The position numbers and the translations under genes are program-made. From Candidatus Nanoarchaeia archaeon (lineage in GTDB: Archaea > Nanobdellota > Nanobdellia > SCGC-AAA011-G17 > GW2011-AR17): a stretch of 56,873 nucleotides of DNA. The DNA is taken from positions 1 to 56,873 of the forward strand of contig JBAZYQ010000003.1 in assembly GCA_041659245.1 (NCBI GenBank), written 5' to 3'. Positions within the stretch are counted from its first letter, which is position 1. Each line of letters starts with the position of its first letter. Below are positions 1 to 9,153 of the stretch, in pieces. The notes under the pieces are model-generated. The model was not told the DNA's origin, searched no databases, and worked only from the letters and a program-made list of their open reading frames with translations.

Positions 1-77
1 CCTTAGTGCATGCCATTGGCAATTACGGCGCTGAATACCTGCCTACATACGGCGCAGCAAAGCCCAAGACAGAGTAA
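1..77 (+). CDS. 3' end of unidentified CDS entering from left edge (partial)
   Basis: Frame 3 is open from the window edge (LVHAIGNYGAEYLPTYGAAKPKTE) to TAA at 75-77. No motif recognised. Confidence 0.3.
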   Translation, partial: LVHAIGNYGAEYLPTYGAAKPKTE

Positions 78-121
78 AACTCTTTTTTCTTTTTTTATTT
101 TTATTTAATTTAAGGTAAAAA

Positions 122-1303
122 ATGAAAATCCTAATAGCTGCGGACCCGCATGTAAACTTTGCGGATAATCTGGATTCATTTAAGAAATTCTATGAATTTG
201 CAAAATCCAGGAATCCCGATGCAATTGCTTTGCTTGGCGACCTATCCGGCTTCTGTTTTGACAATGAGGATATTTTCAAATTGTATGACCAGCTTTATTC
301 CCGCATTCGCCCTATTGTCGAGCAAAGCATACCATTGAAATATGGCCTGGAATTTGACAATCTTTCTCCTTATGAAATTGTCTGCCAGACGCCTGCAATT
401 GCAGAATACATACACAGCGACAGCCCTTACGGCTTTCACAGGAAATGGAAGGAGGTTTCAGAGGTTTACATGGAGCTTTTGAGCATGTTTTCAAACCAGG
501 CAAGGCTTGCATATGTGCCAATTGCTGATGTCTTAAAAAACAATCGCGAAAAAACAATGGTCATTCCGGGAAACCATGATTTTGACCTGGATTTTACAGT
601 GCTAAAAGAGCTTAGTATTCACAAGCAATCTATTGAAAAAAACAGCTTAAAACTATCCGGCTACGGCGGCGCGGCAATGCGCGACGGGACGCCTGTATTC
701 TCAGGGCTTCCTCCGGAGCTTACCACTCCGTTCAATGAATATCCAATAACAAGCATGAACGAAGACGGAACTCTGGAAACAAGGCTTGTATCAGAGCCTA
801 TGGAATTCCTTGAGCAAGAGCAGCCTGACATAGCATTGCTGCACACCCCTATTTATGGATTGCTTGACTTGCCTGCTAATTTGAGAGATAATAATGAAAT
901 GCCTGAAGCCCAAAAGCATCTCGGAAGCCCGGGCATCAGGGAATATGCAATGACAGGCAAAACAAAAATATTCTTTTCAGGACATGTGCATAGTGACCCA
1001 GGAGTAAAATCATTTGAAGCTAAGAACGGAAGCATTGTTGTTGCAATGAATCCCGGCTGCCTTGGAAACACTGAAGTCAGGGGAGGGCATTTTGCAGAGG
1101 TTTTAATTGATGATAATACAAAGGAATTCCAGTCAGCAACATTCTATGAGATACTTCCCGGAGGGCTTGTTGCGCCTTCAGCGACTTATGTAAAGAGGGG
1201 AAGGACTATAGAGCCGATAATTGTGACAGGCGCAATGCCTTCAGATGATATGGCTGATTCATGGCTCATGGAAGAGCGCGCAAAGAAGATTAGGTTTAGA
1301 TAA
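122..1303 (+). CDS. calcineurin-like metallophosphoesterase
   Basis: Ordered phosphoesterase motifs: AADPHVNF, LGDLSG, IPGNHDF, SGHVHSD. Confidence 0.75.
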   Translation: MKILIAADPHVNFADNLDSFKKFYEFAKSRNPDAIALLGDLSGFCFDNEDIFKLYDQLYSRIRPIVEQSIPLKYGLEFDNLSPYEIVCQTPAIAEYIHSDSPYGFHRKWKEVSEVYMELLSMFSNQARLAYVPIADVLKNNREKTMVIPGNHDFDLDFTVLKELSIHKQSIEKNSLKLSGYGGAAMRDGTPVFSGLPPELTTPFNEYPITSMNEDGTLETRLVSEPMEFLEQEQPDIALLHTPIYGLLDLPANLRDNNEMPEAQKHLGSPGIREYAMTGKTKIFFSGHVHSDPGVKSFEAKNGSIVVAMNPGCLGNTEVRGGHFAEVLIDDNTKEFQSATFYEILPGGLVAPSATYVKRGRTIEPIIVTGAMPSDDMADSWLMEERAKKIRFR

Positions 1304-1345
1304 ATTCTTTTTTTAACTCCAATACAATTCGAAGATTGAATTCAT

Positions 1346-1364
1346 GCCGGAGGCCGGCTTTCTC
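1346..1364 (+). terminator. GC hairpin plus T-tract (recurrent GGCYGGCTTT 3'-end motif)
   Basis: GCCGG-AGG-CCGGC stem-loop followed by TTTCT, 43 nt after the stop of the 122-1303 gene. The same motif recurs after four other plus-strand genes. Confidence 0.35.
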
Positions 1365-1481
1365 ATCATTTCTCTCCAGGTATATACAGTACATAATTTA
1401 TATGGATTATTCTTAAATACCCTCTTTTGGGCTTTCTCTTTATTCCGGAAATCATGAAAGATTTGCGGGAAGGAGAAAACA

Positions 1482-1784
1482 ATGGAACCAAAAGACAAAA
1501 CCCTGCTGGAAAAAGAAGTGATGGACAAGAAGCTGGAAAATGACTCAGCGGCAAAGCTGTTCTCAAGATTTAATCTTGATTTCGACTATGCATCATGCTT
1601 GCAGTCAAGCCCGTCGTGCAAAGGCTCTGCTTATTCTTTTATGGCAAGAGAAAAGCCGTTGTACCAAAACGCTATTGACATCTCAGTCAACAGGATGGAA
1701 AACCCGCTGGGAAGCATATACGGAAGCCTGTTCGGAAGCTCTTCTTACGGATTGCCGTGCGATTTAGGATTGATGAGGAGATAA
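1482..1784 (+). CDS. hypothetical protein (first gene of orphan operon)
   Basis: First of seven same-strand ORFs (1482-3555) separated by 1-10 nt or overlapping start/stop. Ser/Gly-rich C-terminus (GSIYGSLFGSSSYG). No known domain recognised. Confidence 0.5.
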   Translation: MEPKDKTLLEKEVMDKKLENDSAAKLFSRFNLDFDYASCLQSSPSCKGSAYSFMAREKPLYQNAIDISVNRMENPLGSIYGSLFGSSSYGLPCDLGLMRR

Positions 1785-1785
1785 A

Positions 1786-2016
1786 ATGGCAAGAAGGGAC
1801 GAATCGACAGAGGCGTGCTTCAGCAGGATGTGCGAGGAGTCAACACAGAGCACTTACGAATCAGCACTGCATGAGATGGATGAGCAGCTTAAGGAGAAAT
1901 ACGGCATAAGCAGGCTCATGTTTCTTAACAGCACATCAAACTATGCGGATTATATTGAAGAATATGAATCTGAAAAAGACAGGATTCACAGGCAGTTTTA
2001 CGGAATGGGATACTGA
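1786..2016 (+). CDS. hypothetical acidic protein
   Basis: ATG lies 1 nt after the upstream TAA. No domain recognised. Confidence 0.5.
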   Translation: MARRDESTEACFSRMCEESTQSTYESALHEMDEQLKEKYGISRLMFLNSTSNYADYIEEYESEKDRIHRQFYGMGY

Positions 2017-2156
2017 TGGTGTTCAGCGCAGCAAGTATAATTGGCGTGCTTTTTCTTGTTCTTTTTGCAATGAGCTTCTGGAGCTATAATGCAATAGGCA
2101 TTTTGTTCCTTGCGATTGCAGGCACGTGTTTTATCAGATTTAAACAGGAGGACTAA
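2016..2156 (+). CDS. small two-TM membrane protein (46 aa, not in ORF track)
   Basis: TGATG stop/start overlap at 2014-2018. My translation is MVFSAASIIGVLFLVLFAMSFWSYNAIGILFLAIAGTCFIRFKQED, with two hydrophobic spans. It fills the only gap in the operon. Confidence 0.4.
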   Translation: MVFSAASIIGVLFLVLFAMSFWSYNAIGILFLAIAGTCFIRFKQED

Positions 2157-2160
2157 AAAA

Positions 2161-2466
2161 ATGAAATCATTGACAGAAACAGTTTTGGAAGACGCGCTCA
2201 ATCTGGAGTCATACAGCTATTCAGTGCTTTACTCGAGCAGCTTTGGGAACGGCGGGAATCCTAGCTCATTTGGAAATGCCGGCCAGTTGCCAGGATTAAA
2301 GGTGTCCTATAACGGCGGCGTAATACCCTATGGGAATCTTACAGAGCTTGGCGGGGATGTCCACGATACATTTAAAATAGACAGATATGATAATATATAC
2401 GGCGGACATACCACACTTGACATACCTGGTTATGAAAAGCTGCATCTTCCGTGGGAAAATGACTGA
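2161..2466 (+). CDS. hypothetical Gly/Ser-rich protein
   Basis: ATG at 2161 is preceded by AGGAGG; the ORF-track start at 2110 is TTG. Contains SSSFGNGGNPSSFGNAG low-complexity segment. Confidence 0.5.
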   Translation: MKSLTETVLEDALNLESYSYSVLYSSSFGNGGNPSSFGNAGQLPGLKVSYNGGVIPYGNLTELGGDVHDTFKIDRYDNIYGGHTTLDIPGYEKLHLPWEND

Positions 2467-2815
2467 AAAACTAAAGCTATTGGGACTTGGCAAAGAAGAA
2501 GGCAGGGTTTCGTTTACTTTCAAGAAAAACATTGCTTTTCTGGAAACATTTCCTGCTTTTCTGTTTGCTTTAGAGTTGGAAAAGACTGCCACATTTTACG
2601 GCTTTGAGGATAACCTGGGATTGTTCTCCACCATGAAACCAGAGGATGGGCTGAAGGACTTGTCAGATATCATTGAAAATACACGCAATGAAAAATATGA
2701 CCTGGATATTTTCTTCGGTTCTGAGAATATCATAGTGATTATCCGCACCAAAACCGATGAGCAGCAGTCGCTTCTTCAAATGCTAAAGAAGATAGCTGAG
2801 TTTCCGCAGCAATAA
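2459..2815 (+). CDS. hypothetical protein
   Basis: ATGACTGA start/stop overlap with the upstream gene (ATG 2459, TGA 2464-2466). The ORF-track start at 2387 would overlap by 80 nt. Confidence 0.5.
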   Translation: MTEKLKLLGLGKEEGRVSFTFKKNIAFLETFPAFLFALELEKTATFYGFEDNLGLFSTMKPEDGLKDLSDIIENTRNEKYDLDIFFGSENIIVIIRTKTDEQQSLLQMLKKIAEFPQQ

Positions 2816-2824
2816 ATTGCTAAA

Positions 2825-3178
2825 ATGGAAGCAATAGTCGCAGCGTCTGCAGTTCCTGAGAATAATCTTGCAGAAGAGAATGAATCAGTTGAATTGCAGC
2901 CTCTTTCTTTTCTTAGTTCGGATATTTCATTGGATACAAGGCAGCTTATAGAGATTATAGAAGAAAACAATACCGGCATTGAGAAAGCAGTCAGGCATAG
3001 CTTTTCAAAAGATGATAAAGAAGATGAAGAGCAGGAAGAATACGTTAAGGACTTTTCTTACGAATCAGAGAATTCCTACGTCCAGAAGAATCCCTATGCT
3101 CCAAAAAAGGATTATGAGAGAATAGAGCATATCAAGCCAAAAGAAGAGGAGGAAGAGAAGTCATTCCTGTGGAAATGA
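2825..3178 (+). CDS. hypothetical highly acidic protein
   Basis: ATG at 2825. Glu/Asp-rich (KDDKEDEEQEEY, KPKEEEEEKS). Confidence 0.5.
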   Translation: MEAIVAASAVPENNLAEENESVELQPLSFLSSDISLDTRQLIEIIEENNTGIEKAVRHSFSKDDKEDEEQEEYVKDFSYESENSYVQKNPYAPKKDYERIEHIKPKEEEEEKSFLWK

Positions 3179-3555
3179 GCTTTGCAATTTTATTCACAAG
3201 CATTGGGAATGCCGGATTCAAGGGAAGCTCTTTAGGCAGTTCAGGAAATTTTGACGGAGGAATATACGGCTTTGGAAGAGGCTCTCCTTATTACAGGGGA
3301 CCTCAAGAGCCTGAAGTAAGAATAACAAGAATGGAACTGCCTCCTTTGCCTCCTGTTCAGCAAATATATTTGCCGCCAAAGCCTGTTGAAATAGAAACAT
3401 ACAAGCTGGAATTAAGGGAAGAGGAAACAAGCCTGAGAATGAGATATGATTATTCATTTAAGGGTTTTGGAATTGAAGTTAAGGATTCTTTTGAGTATGA
3501 ATATAATAAGAAAACCAGTCTGCTGGATATAATAAGAGAAAGGAGGCGCCAGTAA
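3175..3555 (+). CDS. hypothetical Gly-rich / Pro-rich protein
   Basis: ATGA overlap with the upstream stop (ATG 3175, TGA 3176-3178). GNAGFKGSSLGSSGNFDGGIYGFGRGSPYY followed by LPPLPPVQQIYLPPKP. Confidence 0.5.
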   Translation: MSFAILFTSIGNAGFKGSSLGSSGNFDGGIYGFGRGSPYYRGPQEPEVRITRMELPPLPPVQQIYLPPKPVEIETYKLELREEETSLRMRYDYSFKGFGIEVKDSFEYEYNKKTSLLDIIRERRRQ

Positions 3556-3589
3556 GCTTTATATACTAATGGTATATATCTATATACTT

Positions 3590-4201
3590 ATGGTATATAA
3601 TGGAATAACTAAAAATGGGCTAAGGCTTTTAAGGCTTCTTGCAAGGCGCTTTTCAGAAAGATTCAGCATAAACCAGGTTGCAAGGCAGCTAAAACTAAGC
3701 CCAAGAGGCGCATACAAAATGCTAAAATCCATGGAATCAGAAGGAATATTGAAGCCTGAAAGAATAGGCAATTCTATATTCTATCATATAGATTTCAATT
3801 CTGATTTTGCAAGAAAAGCAGCAGAGCTTTCATTGTTTGAGGAAGTCAAATCTGCCTATGCAAGGGTGCAGGCGAAGGATTTGGAGACACTGAGAAATCG
3901 TGCATCTGCATTAATACTCTACGGCTCTGTGCTTGAAAAAGGCGAAAATGCAGAAGACATTGACATAATGGCTGTTGTGGAGCAGGAGAATTATGCATTT
4001 TTTAGGAATGGACTCAGCGAGCTGCAAAATAAGAAGCCGAAGCACATACACGCTGTTGTGATGTCAAAGCAGGATTTAGCCAAGAATCTTGCAAAGAAAG
4101 ATGCTGTTGCAATGGAAATTCTGAATAAAGGAAATATCCTGTGGGGGCAGGATGTGATTGTAAATGCTATAAAAGATTCATATGGTGCATTCGCGGAATA
4201 A
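3590..4201 (+). CDS. wHTH-fused minimal nucleotidyltransferase (MNT-type antitoxin-like)
   Basis: wHTH-like INQVARQLKLSPRGAYKMLKSMESEGIL, then the NT motif LYGSVLEKGENAEDIDIMAVV. The in-frame ATG at 3590 lies 24 nt after TATA-like CTTTATATAC (3557-3566). The ORF-track start at 3569 abuts that TATA box. Confidence 0.65.
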   Translation: MVYNGITKNGLRLLRLLARRFSERFSINQVARQLKLSPRGAYKMLKSMESEGILKPERIGNSIFYHIDFNSDFARKAAELSLFEEVKSAYARVQAKDLETLRNRASALILYGSVLEKGENAEDIDIMAVVEQENYAFFRNGLSELQNKKPKHIHAVVMSKQDLAKNLAKKDAVAMEILNKGNILWGQDVIVNAIKDSYGAFAE

Positions 4202-4697
4202 GGTAGAATGGTGCCTGAAAAAAGCATCAAATGAAGGGAAGAAGCACAGGGGTCTGACACTTATAAATCCGGATTATAATATTGCGCAGGCGCATCTGAA
4301 TAAGGCTGAACATAATCTTAATGTAATGAATTATCTGATTAAAGGAGATTTTGCAGACTGGGCTGTAAATGCCTCTTTCTATGCGCACTATCACTGCCTT
4401 CTTGCAATGCTTGCCTTGTTTGGCTATGAAAGCAGGAACCAGGAATGCACGTTTGCTGCTGTAATGAATTTAATCGAAGAAGGGAAGCTAAATTTGAAAG
4501 AGCAGGATATTTCATATATTTCTTCAAATGCCGGAGAGATGGATGATTCTTCAATTGTTGAATTAAGGGAAAGGTTTCAGTATGGAACTGAAACAAGCTA
4601 CGCAAAAACCAAGATGCACGAATTATTCTTTGAAACTCTTGAGTTTATTGAAAAGTCAAAGGTAATAATAGAAGAAATAAGGGAGACTGAACTATGA
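4182..4697 (+). CDS. HEPN-domain protein
   Basis: All-helical. ELRERFQYG resembles the HEPN R-x(4-6)-H/Y signature. Overlaps the upstream NT gene by 20 nt (a typical MNT-HEPN pair). Confidence 0.55.
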   Translation: MVHSRNKVEWCLKKASNEGKKHRGLTLINPDYNIAQAHLNKAEHNLNVMNYLIKGDFADWAVNASFYAHYHCLLAMLALFGYESRNQECTFAAVMNLIEEGKLNLKEQDISYISSNAGEMDDSSIVELRERFQYGTETSYAKTKMHELFFETLEFIEKSKVIIEEIRETEL

Positions 4698-5131
4698 AAA
4701 AGCACAAGGAGTTTAATGAGTGCCTTTATCAAAAGACGCTTGTTGAAACAGGAATAAAAGATAAAATGAAAGCAAGACAGCTTTTAGCGCTTGCAGAGCA
4801 CAGGGAGCAATTCTGGAAAGAGGCAGACCTTGCTGAGAAATATCCTTCGCTGTACCTTGAAGGGCATTACGAGATAATAAAAGAGCTTTGCACTGCTATC
4901 CTTGCTGCTGAAGGCTGGATTTCGTCAGACCATGAGTGCCTTTTTGCTTATATCCGCAAAAAGCAGGATATTGCAATTGACATTGACTATCTTCTGGAAC
5001 TGAAAGGCGCAAGGAATGACATTGATTATAAGGGCATGATAATAACTGCAAATATGTGGAAAGGCAATGAGATGCTGATAAGACTTACAATCGGGGCGTT
5101 GAAAGAATATCTTAAGCAGATTGTGCTATAA
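4694..5131 (+). CDS. HEPN-domain protein (second copy)
   Basis: ATGA overlap with the upstream gene. Helical, with LKGARNDIDYKG (an RN-x3-Y HEPN-like motif). Confidence 0.55.
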   Translation: MKKHKEFNECLYQKTLVETGIKDKMKARQLLALAEHREQFWKEADLAEKYPSLYLEGHYEIIKELCTAILAAEGWISSDHECLFAYIRKKQDIAIDIDYLLELKGARNDIDYKGMIITANMWKGNEMLIRLTIGALKEYLKQIVL

Positions 5132-5223
5132 TGTGGGATTTATTTCCTACAATAATGTAAAAAGAACTAACGCTTAATTTCCCATCCACAATGCTTATAA
5201 ATGTAGGAGATTTATCCTACACT

Positions 5224-5742
5224 ATGAATCCGCACGAACAAAAGATTATCAATCTGTTTTACTATGATTTGATGGGGCAGTTTCATATCAGGGAGATCGG
5301 AAGAAAAACAGGTTTAGACACAAAAACAGTGATGAAATACCTTAAGAAATTTACAAAAGAAAGGCTTATCACCCGCAGTAAGAAAAGGGGCGGCTTTCCT
5401 TATTATGAAGCAAACAGGCTCTGCCCTTTATATCGTCATAAGAAATCAATTGCCGCGCTTGAGAAAATATACGAAAGCGGTATAATAGAGCGTCTTGAGA
5501 AAGAGCTTAGCCCTAAAGTTATGGTAGTCTATGGCTCAATGAGAAAAGGCACTTACCATCCGAAGAGCGACATTGATATCTTTGTCCAGGCAAAATACAA
5601 GCTGGTTGGCTTATACGATATTGAAATGAAATTAGGGCACAAGGTTCATCTGCTCTTTGAGGAAGATCTTAAAAATCTTTCAAAAGGGCTTTTGCAGAAT
5701 ATCTATAATGGCATAGTGATTTCAGGCGAGCTGGAGCTTTAA
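5224..5742 (+). CDS. wHTH-fused minimal nucleotidyltransferase
   Basis: HIREIGRKTGLDTKTVMKYLKKFTKERLI (wHTH), then VYGSMRKGTYHPKSDIDIFV (NT motif). TATA-like CTTATAAATG (5194-5203) lies 21 nt before ATG 5224, so the track start at 5191 is probably too long. Confidence 0.65.
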   Translation: MNPHEQKIINLFYYDLMGQFHIREIGRKTGLDTKTVMKYLKKFTKERLITRSKKRGGFPYYEANRLCPLYRHKKSIAALEKIYESGIIERLEKELSPKVMVVYGSMRKGTYHPKSDIDIFVQAKYKLVGLYDIEMKLGHKVHLLFEEDLKNLSKGLLQNIYNGIVISGELEL

Positions 5743-6272
5743 CTTTCGGTAAAGTCAGCAATATCAGTCATAACATCGATAATATCTTCATCGCTTACCA
5801 AAGGGCAAAAATTACACTTAAATCCCTGAACTTTCATTGCGCTCTTGATTTTTGCATGCTGCATGCGATAATTATACATTTCATCTTTCCCTTCAGATAC
5901 TGCTGCTGTTTTGGTATCATAATTAATCATAATGTGATCCAACATGCTTCCCCTTATTTGGGAAAAAGGATTCCTGCGTTGGATTATATGGTCAACCGGG
6001 TGGTATTTCCATGGTTGTATCGACTTGCACCCAACTACGCCAATCCCATAATACTCCATGGGATGCCCAAGTTCATAGCCTGCATACCAATTAACAATCA
6101 CTAAATGTTCTGGTCTCATACTGGGAACAAGACTGATGAATCCCAGTAATTCTTTGTTTACTTTTTCCACGAGTTGTGACTTATCTGGGCAATTCTGTGC
6201 AGCAAAGCTTACCAGTAAAGAATGCTTCTTTCCATCATATTCTATTGTGTAGCCGCCAATATTGATTTCCAT
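5739..6272 (-). CDS. hypothetical protein
   Basis: 177-aa ORF convergent with the NT gene. No motif recognised. Confidence 0.5.
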   Translation of the reverse strand: MEINIGGYTIEYDGKKHSLLVSFAAQNCPDKSQLVEKVNKELLGFISLVPSMRPEHLVIVNWYAGYELGHPMEYYGIGVVGCKSIQPWKYHPVDHIIQRRNPFSQIRGSMLDHIMINYDTKTAAVSEGKDEMYNYRMQHAKIKSAMKVQGFKCNFCPLVSDEDIIDVMTDIADFTES

Positions 6273-6335
6273 GAAAAGCGGAAAACTGATTTATCTTTAT
6301 AAATCTATTGCCTGTTCATTAATCTCGAGGGGGAA

Positions 6336-7136
6336 TTAAGCCTTCTCTATATACTTCTTAATCTCTTCCACGAAGTCCTCGGCCATTCTCCTGTACTTGC
6401 TGTATTCCTCTCCGGTAACCTCGGGCTTTGTCCTGTTTGTTATCTCCTTGAACAGCTTGTAGAAAGCCCTCATTGTGTTCGCGGCTTTCTGGCTTACGTG
6501 CTTCTTGGCTATAAGTGTTTTTTCCATCATGTCAGCGACATGGTCAGGAGACGGGGGCACTTCGCCGTACTTCATCAAGGCGGCATGAGCTGAATCAATA
6601 ACAGCCCAATACAAGTCAACTGTTGCAGACAGCATCTGGTTCTTTGATTTTGCCAGTGCAGCAGGAGCCATTACGAAATAATTATAAACAGCCTCTTTTG
6701 ACGGCCTTATCCTGCCCTCGTCCAATAATGCCTGCAATGGGTCAAAAAAGCCGGTGTCAACCAGTGCAATTCCGTATCTTAAGATATTAATTGCAATCGG
6801 ATCCCCGACTCTTACATATTCCCAGAAGCTTGTGAATTTCATTGACTGCACGTGCAGTTTTTCCTTGTCAGTGTCAGCTACAATCTTCTCAACTATAACT
6901 CTATATGTCTGCACTATATCTTCTGAAAATGTTATTCTTACATCATCTAAGATTATTAAAACATCAACATCCTTTCTTTCCTTTCCCTGCTGTGTTGTTG
7001 AGCCGAAAAGAACTATTGCCTTTATGAAGTCCCCAAATTCTTTCCATAGCCTTTGCGAGAATTTCTGCGCCAATGCGAATTCTGCTTCAGGATAGGGTAT
7101 TTTCTTCTTTTCTTTTTTCTGGACTTTGAATTTCAT
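6336..7136 (-). CDS. nucleotidyltransferase domain protein with helical HEPN-like C-terminal half
   Basis: LFGSTTQQGKERKDVDVLIILDD is an NT motif. The C-terminal ~120 aa are helical (DLYWAVIDSAHAALMKYG). Calling it a fused NT-HEPN is inference. Confidence 0.6.
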   Translation of the reverse strand: MKFKVQKKEKKKIPYPEAEFALAQKFSQRLWKEFGDFIKAIVLFGSTTQQGKERKDVDVLIILDDVRITFSEDIVQTYRVIVEKIVADTDKEKLHVQSMKFTSFWEYVRVGDPIAINILRYGIALVDTGFFDPLQALLDEGRIRPSKEAVYNYFVMAPAALAKSKNQMLSATVDLYWAVIDSAHAALMKYGEVPPSPDHVADMMEKTLIAKKHVSQKAANTMRAFYKLFKEITNRTKPEVTGEEYSKYRRMAEDFVEEIKKYIEKA

Positions 7137-7195
7137 TGTTTCACCTTCTCTTTTATTGTATCTGCGAGTATTTATATTTTTACTCTGTGCTCATT

Positions 7196-9049
7196 TTACT
7201 CTATCGGCGTTCCTGACCACCAGTTGTCTTCCTGGTTCTGCGGGTTAACTAAATATCCGCCTGTCATGTATCTTGGAGTGTGAGTTGCGCCAAAATAGCT
7301 TCCCTGCACATCTGACCAAGAGCGGTCTATGTTTCCAACCCTGTAGATTGGGGAGTTTGCAACTTTTGCCCAGGCTCCGAACATTGAGCCGTAAATGCTT
7401 TCTCCCTCTCCCTGCGCGCCTGGCTCAATAACCATTTTGTCTTTAAGTCCTGCCTTGACAACTTCTTTCATGAATTCCTCAACAGGGACATTTCCTTCTC
7501 CAGGAGTAAGGTGCTCGTCATAATAGCCAAAATTGTCAGCAATATGAACGTGCCCTATGATGCCTTCCTGCAAAAGCTGCTTTGCCTGCTTTATGAACCA
7601 TGTCTTGAACTCTTCATCGCTTCCCTGGAAATACTTTCTCCATGTGTTTGCGTGCCCGATGTCAAATGTTGCCTTGATATGCTCTGCTGCAATCTTGGTT
7701 GCTTCTTCTTCCGAGACTTTCTTTTCCTTCAGCATTTCAACCATTGCCGCTCTTGATTCTTTTATAATAGTTCTTAATTCCTGCGGATGGCTGCCGTAGC
7801 TTTCCGGGAATACGTTTTCAGGAGCAATGTACAAAGGAGTCTTCAGCTTCTTGTCTTTTTCAACCTGGTATGCGTACATGCCTAATTGTGCTATGTTGCC
7901 TGCTGATTTCTTTGATGCAAATTCCTTGAGTGTTTGTATGCTGCCGTCCTTGATGCCCTTTTCCTCATTTCCTATTTCCAAATCAATTTCCCTTTCCTGC
8001 CTTGCGGCTGCTGCTGAGTTTTCATAGGCATAGCTTATTTCTTTCTTGATATGTTCTGTTGCCTTGCCCAAAAATTTCTGGGGATTATCCTGGAATTCCC
8101 TGAATTCTTCGGGAGAATCCATTGACGGTGCAAACCCGTGCTGCCTTGCATATTCTTTTGCAGCATAATCAGCTGCTTTTTTATCTTTTTTTGCCAAGTC
8201 AGCAACAGAATCCTGCATCAGCTTAATTGTTTCATATTTCTTCTTTGTCTCATCTGCCATTGTTTCCCATCTTTTCTTCTCAGCAGAAGCCCTTAATCTT
8301 TCCTTTGTCATGAATTCCTTGAAGAATAATTTCTCAGCTGGAATTCCTGTTTTGTCTGCCTTATCAAGAAACTGCTGGTAGCTCATGTCTTCATAGACAT
8401 AATCCATTTCACCAGTATTTGGGTTCTTTTTTGTCATTGGAACTTTTATCCCGTTCTTCTCTTCCCACTGGACAACCGGGACTGTGTAATCCCTTGTAAG
8501 CATTGTCTTGATTTTTCCGTTCTTGTCAACCAATCCCCACAGGGCTTTCTTATTCTCTTCCTTATGCGCTAAAAAGTCCTTTCCTGTTCCTGCTTCGCAG
8601 ATAGGCCTTGGGAATTCTCCTGTGTGCACAACAACTGCTCCGCCCTGCGCAGTGTCTGCCGCAAAGTCAATTGCCCTTTTTACTTCATATACTGCCTGTG
8701 CTGCTGCATTGTCGTCAAACCTGTCTTCCCTCAAGCCTGCAAAGCCCATTACATTGGCTGATGCGTGAGTGCTTAATGTGACATTGTTGATTTTTGCAAA
8801 CTGCCTGATATCCTCTCTTTTTGATTTTCCTATAATTTCAGGAGTAACGCTTGTGGGGCTGGATAGTGAGCCTTTCTGCATGCCCATAAAGCCCAGTTCA
8901 ACATGAGAAGCTCCTGCTGTGACAGCTGTTTTGATATTGGTCCAGGGATCCCCAATTCCCATGGAAATTCCTATGTCTTTTGCCGAGATGTCAACTCCCT
9001 CAACGCGCTTTTTTCCGCTGGTCCAGTAGTTGTCTCCGAAGTCCACCAT
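7196..9049 (-). CDS. xylose-isomerase-like TIM-barrel (AP endonuclease 2 fold) protein with ~300-aa charged insertion
   Basis: Barrel motifs ASHVELGF, STHAS, VVVHTGEF, then FDIGHANTW and GHVHIADNFGYYDEHLTPGEGNVP. A Lys/Glu-rich segment separates them. Confidence 0.5.
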   Translation of the reverse strand: MVDFGDNYWTSGKKRVEGVDISAKDIGISMGIGDPWTNIKTAVTAGASHVELGFMGMQKGSLSSPTSVTPEIIGKSKREDIRQFAKINNVTLSTHASANVMGFAGLREDRFDDNAAAQAVYEVKRAIDFAADTAQGGAVVVHTGEFPRPICEAGTGKDFLAHKEENKKALWGLVDKNGKIKTMLTRDYTVPVVQWEEKNGIKVPMTKKNPNTGEMDYVYEDMSYQQFLDKADKTGIPAEKLFFKEFMTKERLRASAEKKRWETMADETKKKYETIKLMQDSVADLAKKDKKAADYAAKEYARQHGFAPSMDSPEEFREFQDNPQKFLGKATEHIKKEISYAYENSAAAARQEREIDLEIGNEEKGIKDGSIQTLKEFASKKSAGNIAQLGMYAYQVEKDKKLKTPLYIAPENVFPESYGSHPQELRTIIKESRAAMVEMLKEKKVSEEEATKIAAEHIKATFDIGHANTWRKYFQGSDEEFKTWFIKQAKQLLQEGIIGHVHIADNFGYYDEHLTPGEGNVPVEEFMKEVVKAGLKDKMVIEPGAQGEGESIYGSMFGAWAKVANSPIYRVGNIDRSWSDVQGSYFGATHTPRYMTGGYLVNPQNQEDNWWSGTPIE

Positions 9050-9153
9050 TGTGTTTTACCCTCGTAAAATAGGTGTTTTTAGGGCTTATAAAGGTAATGG
9101 AATCTGGCTTGTGGCGGATGTTCCGTAGAAAAAGGAGGCAGCACTTTTGTGGT

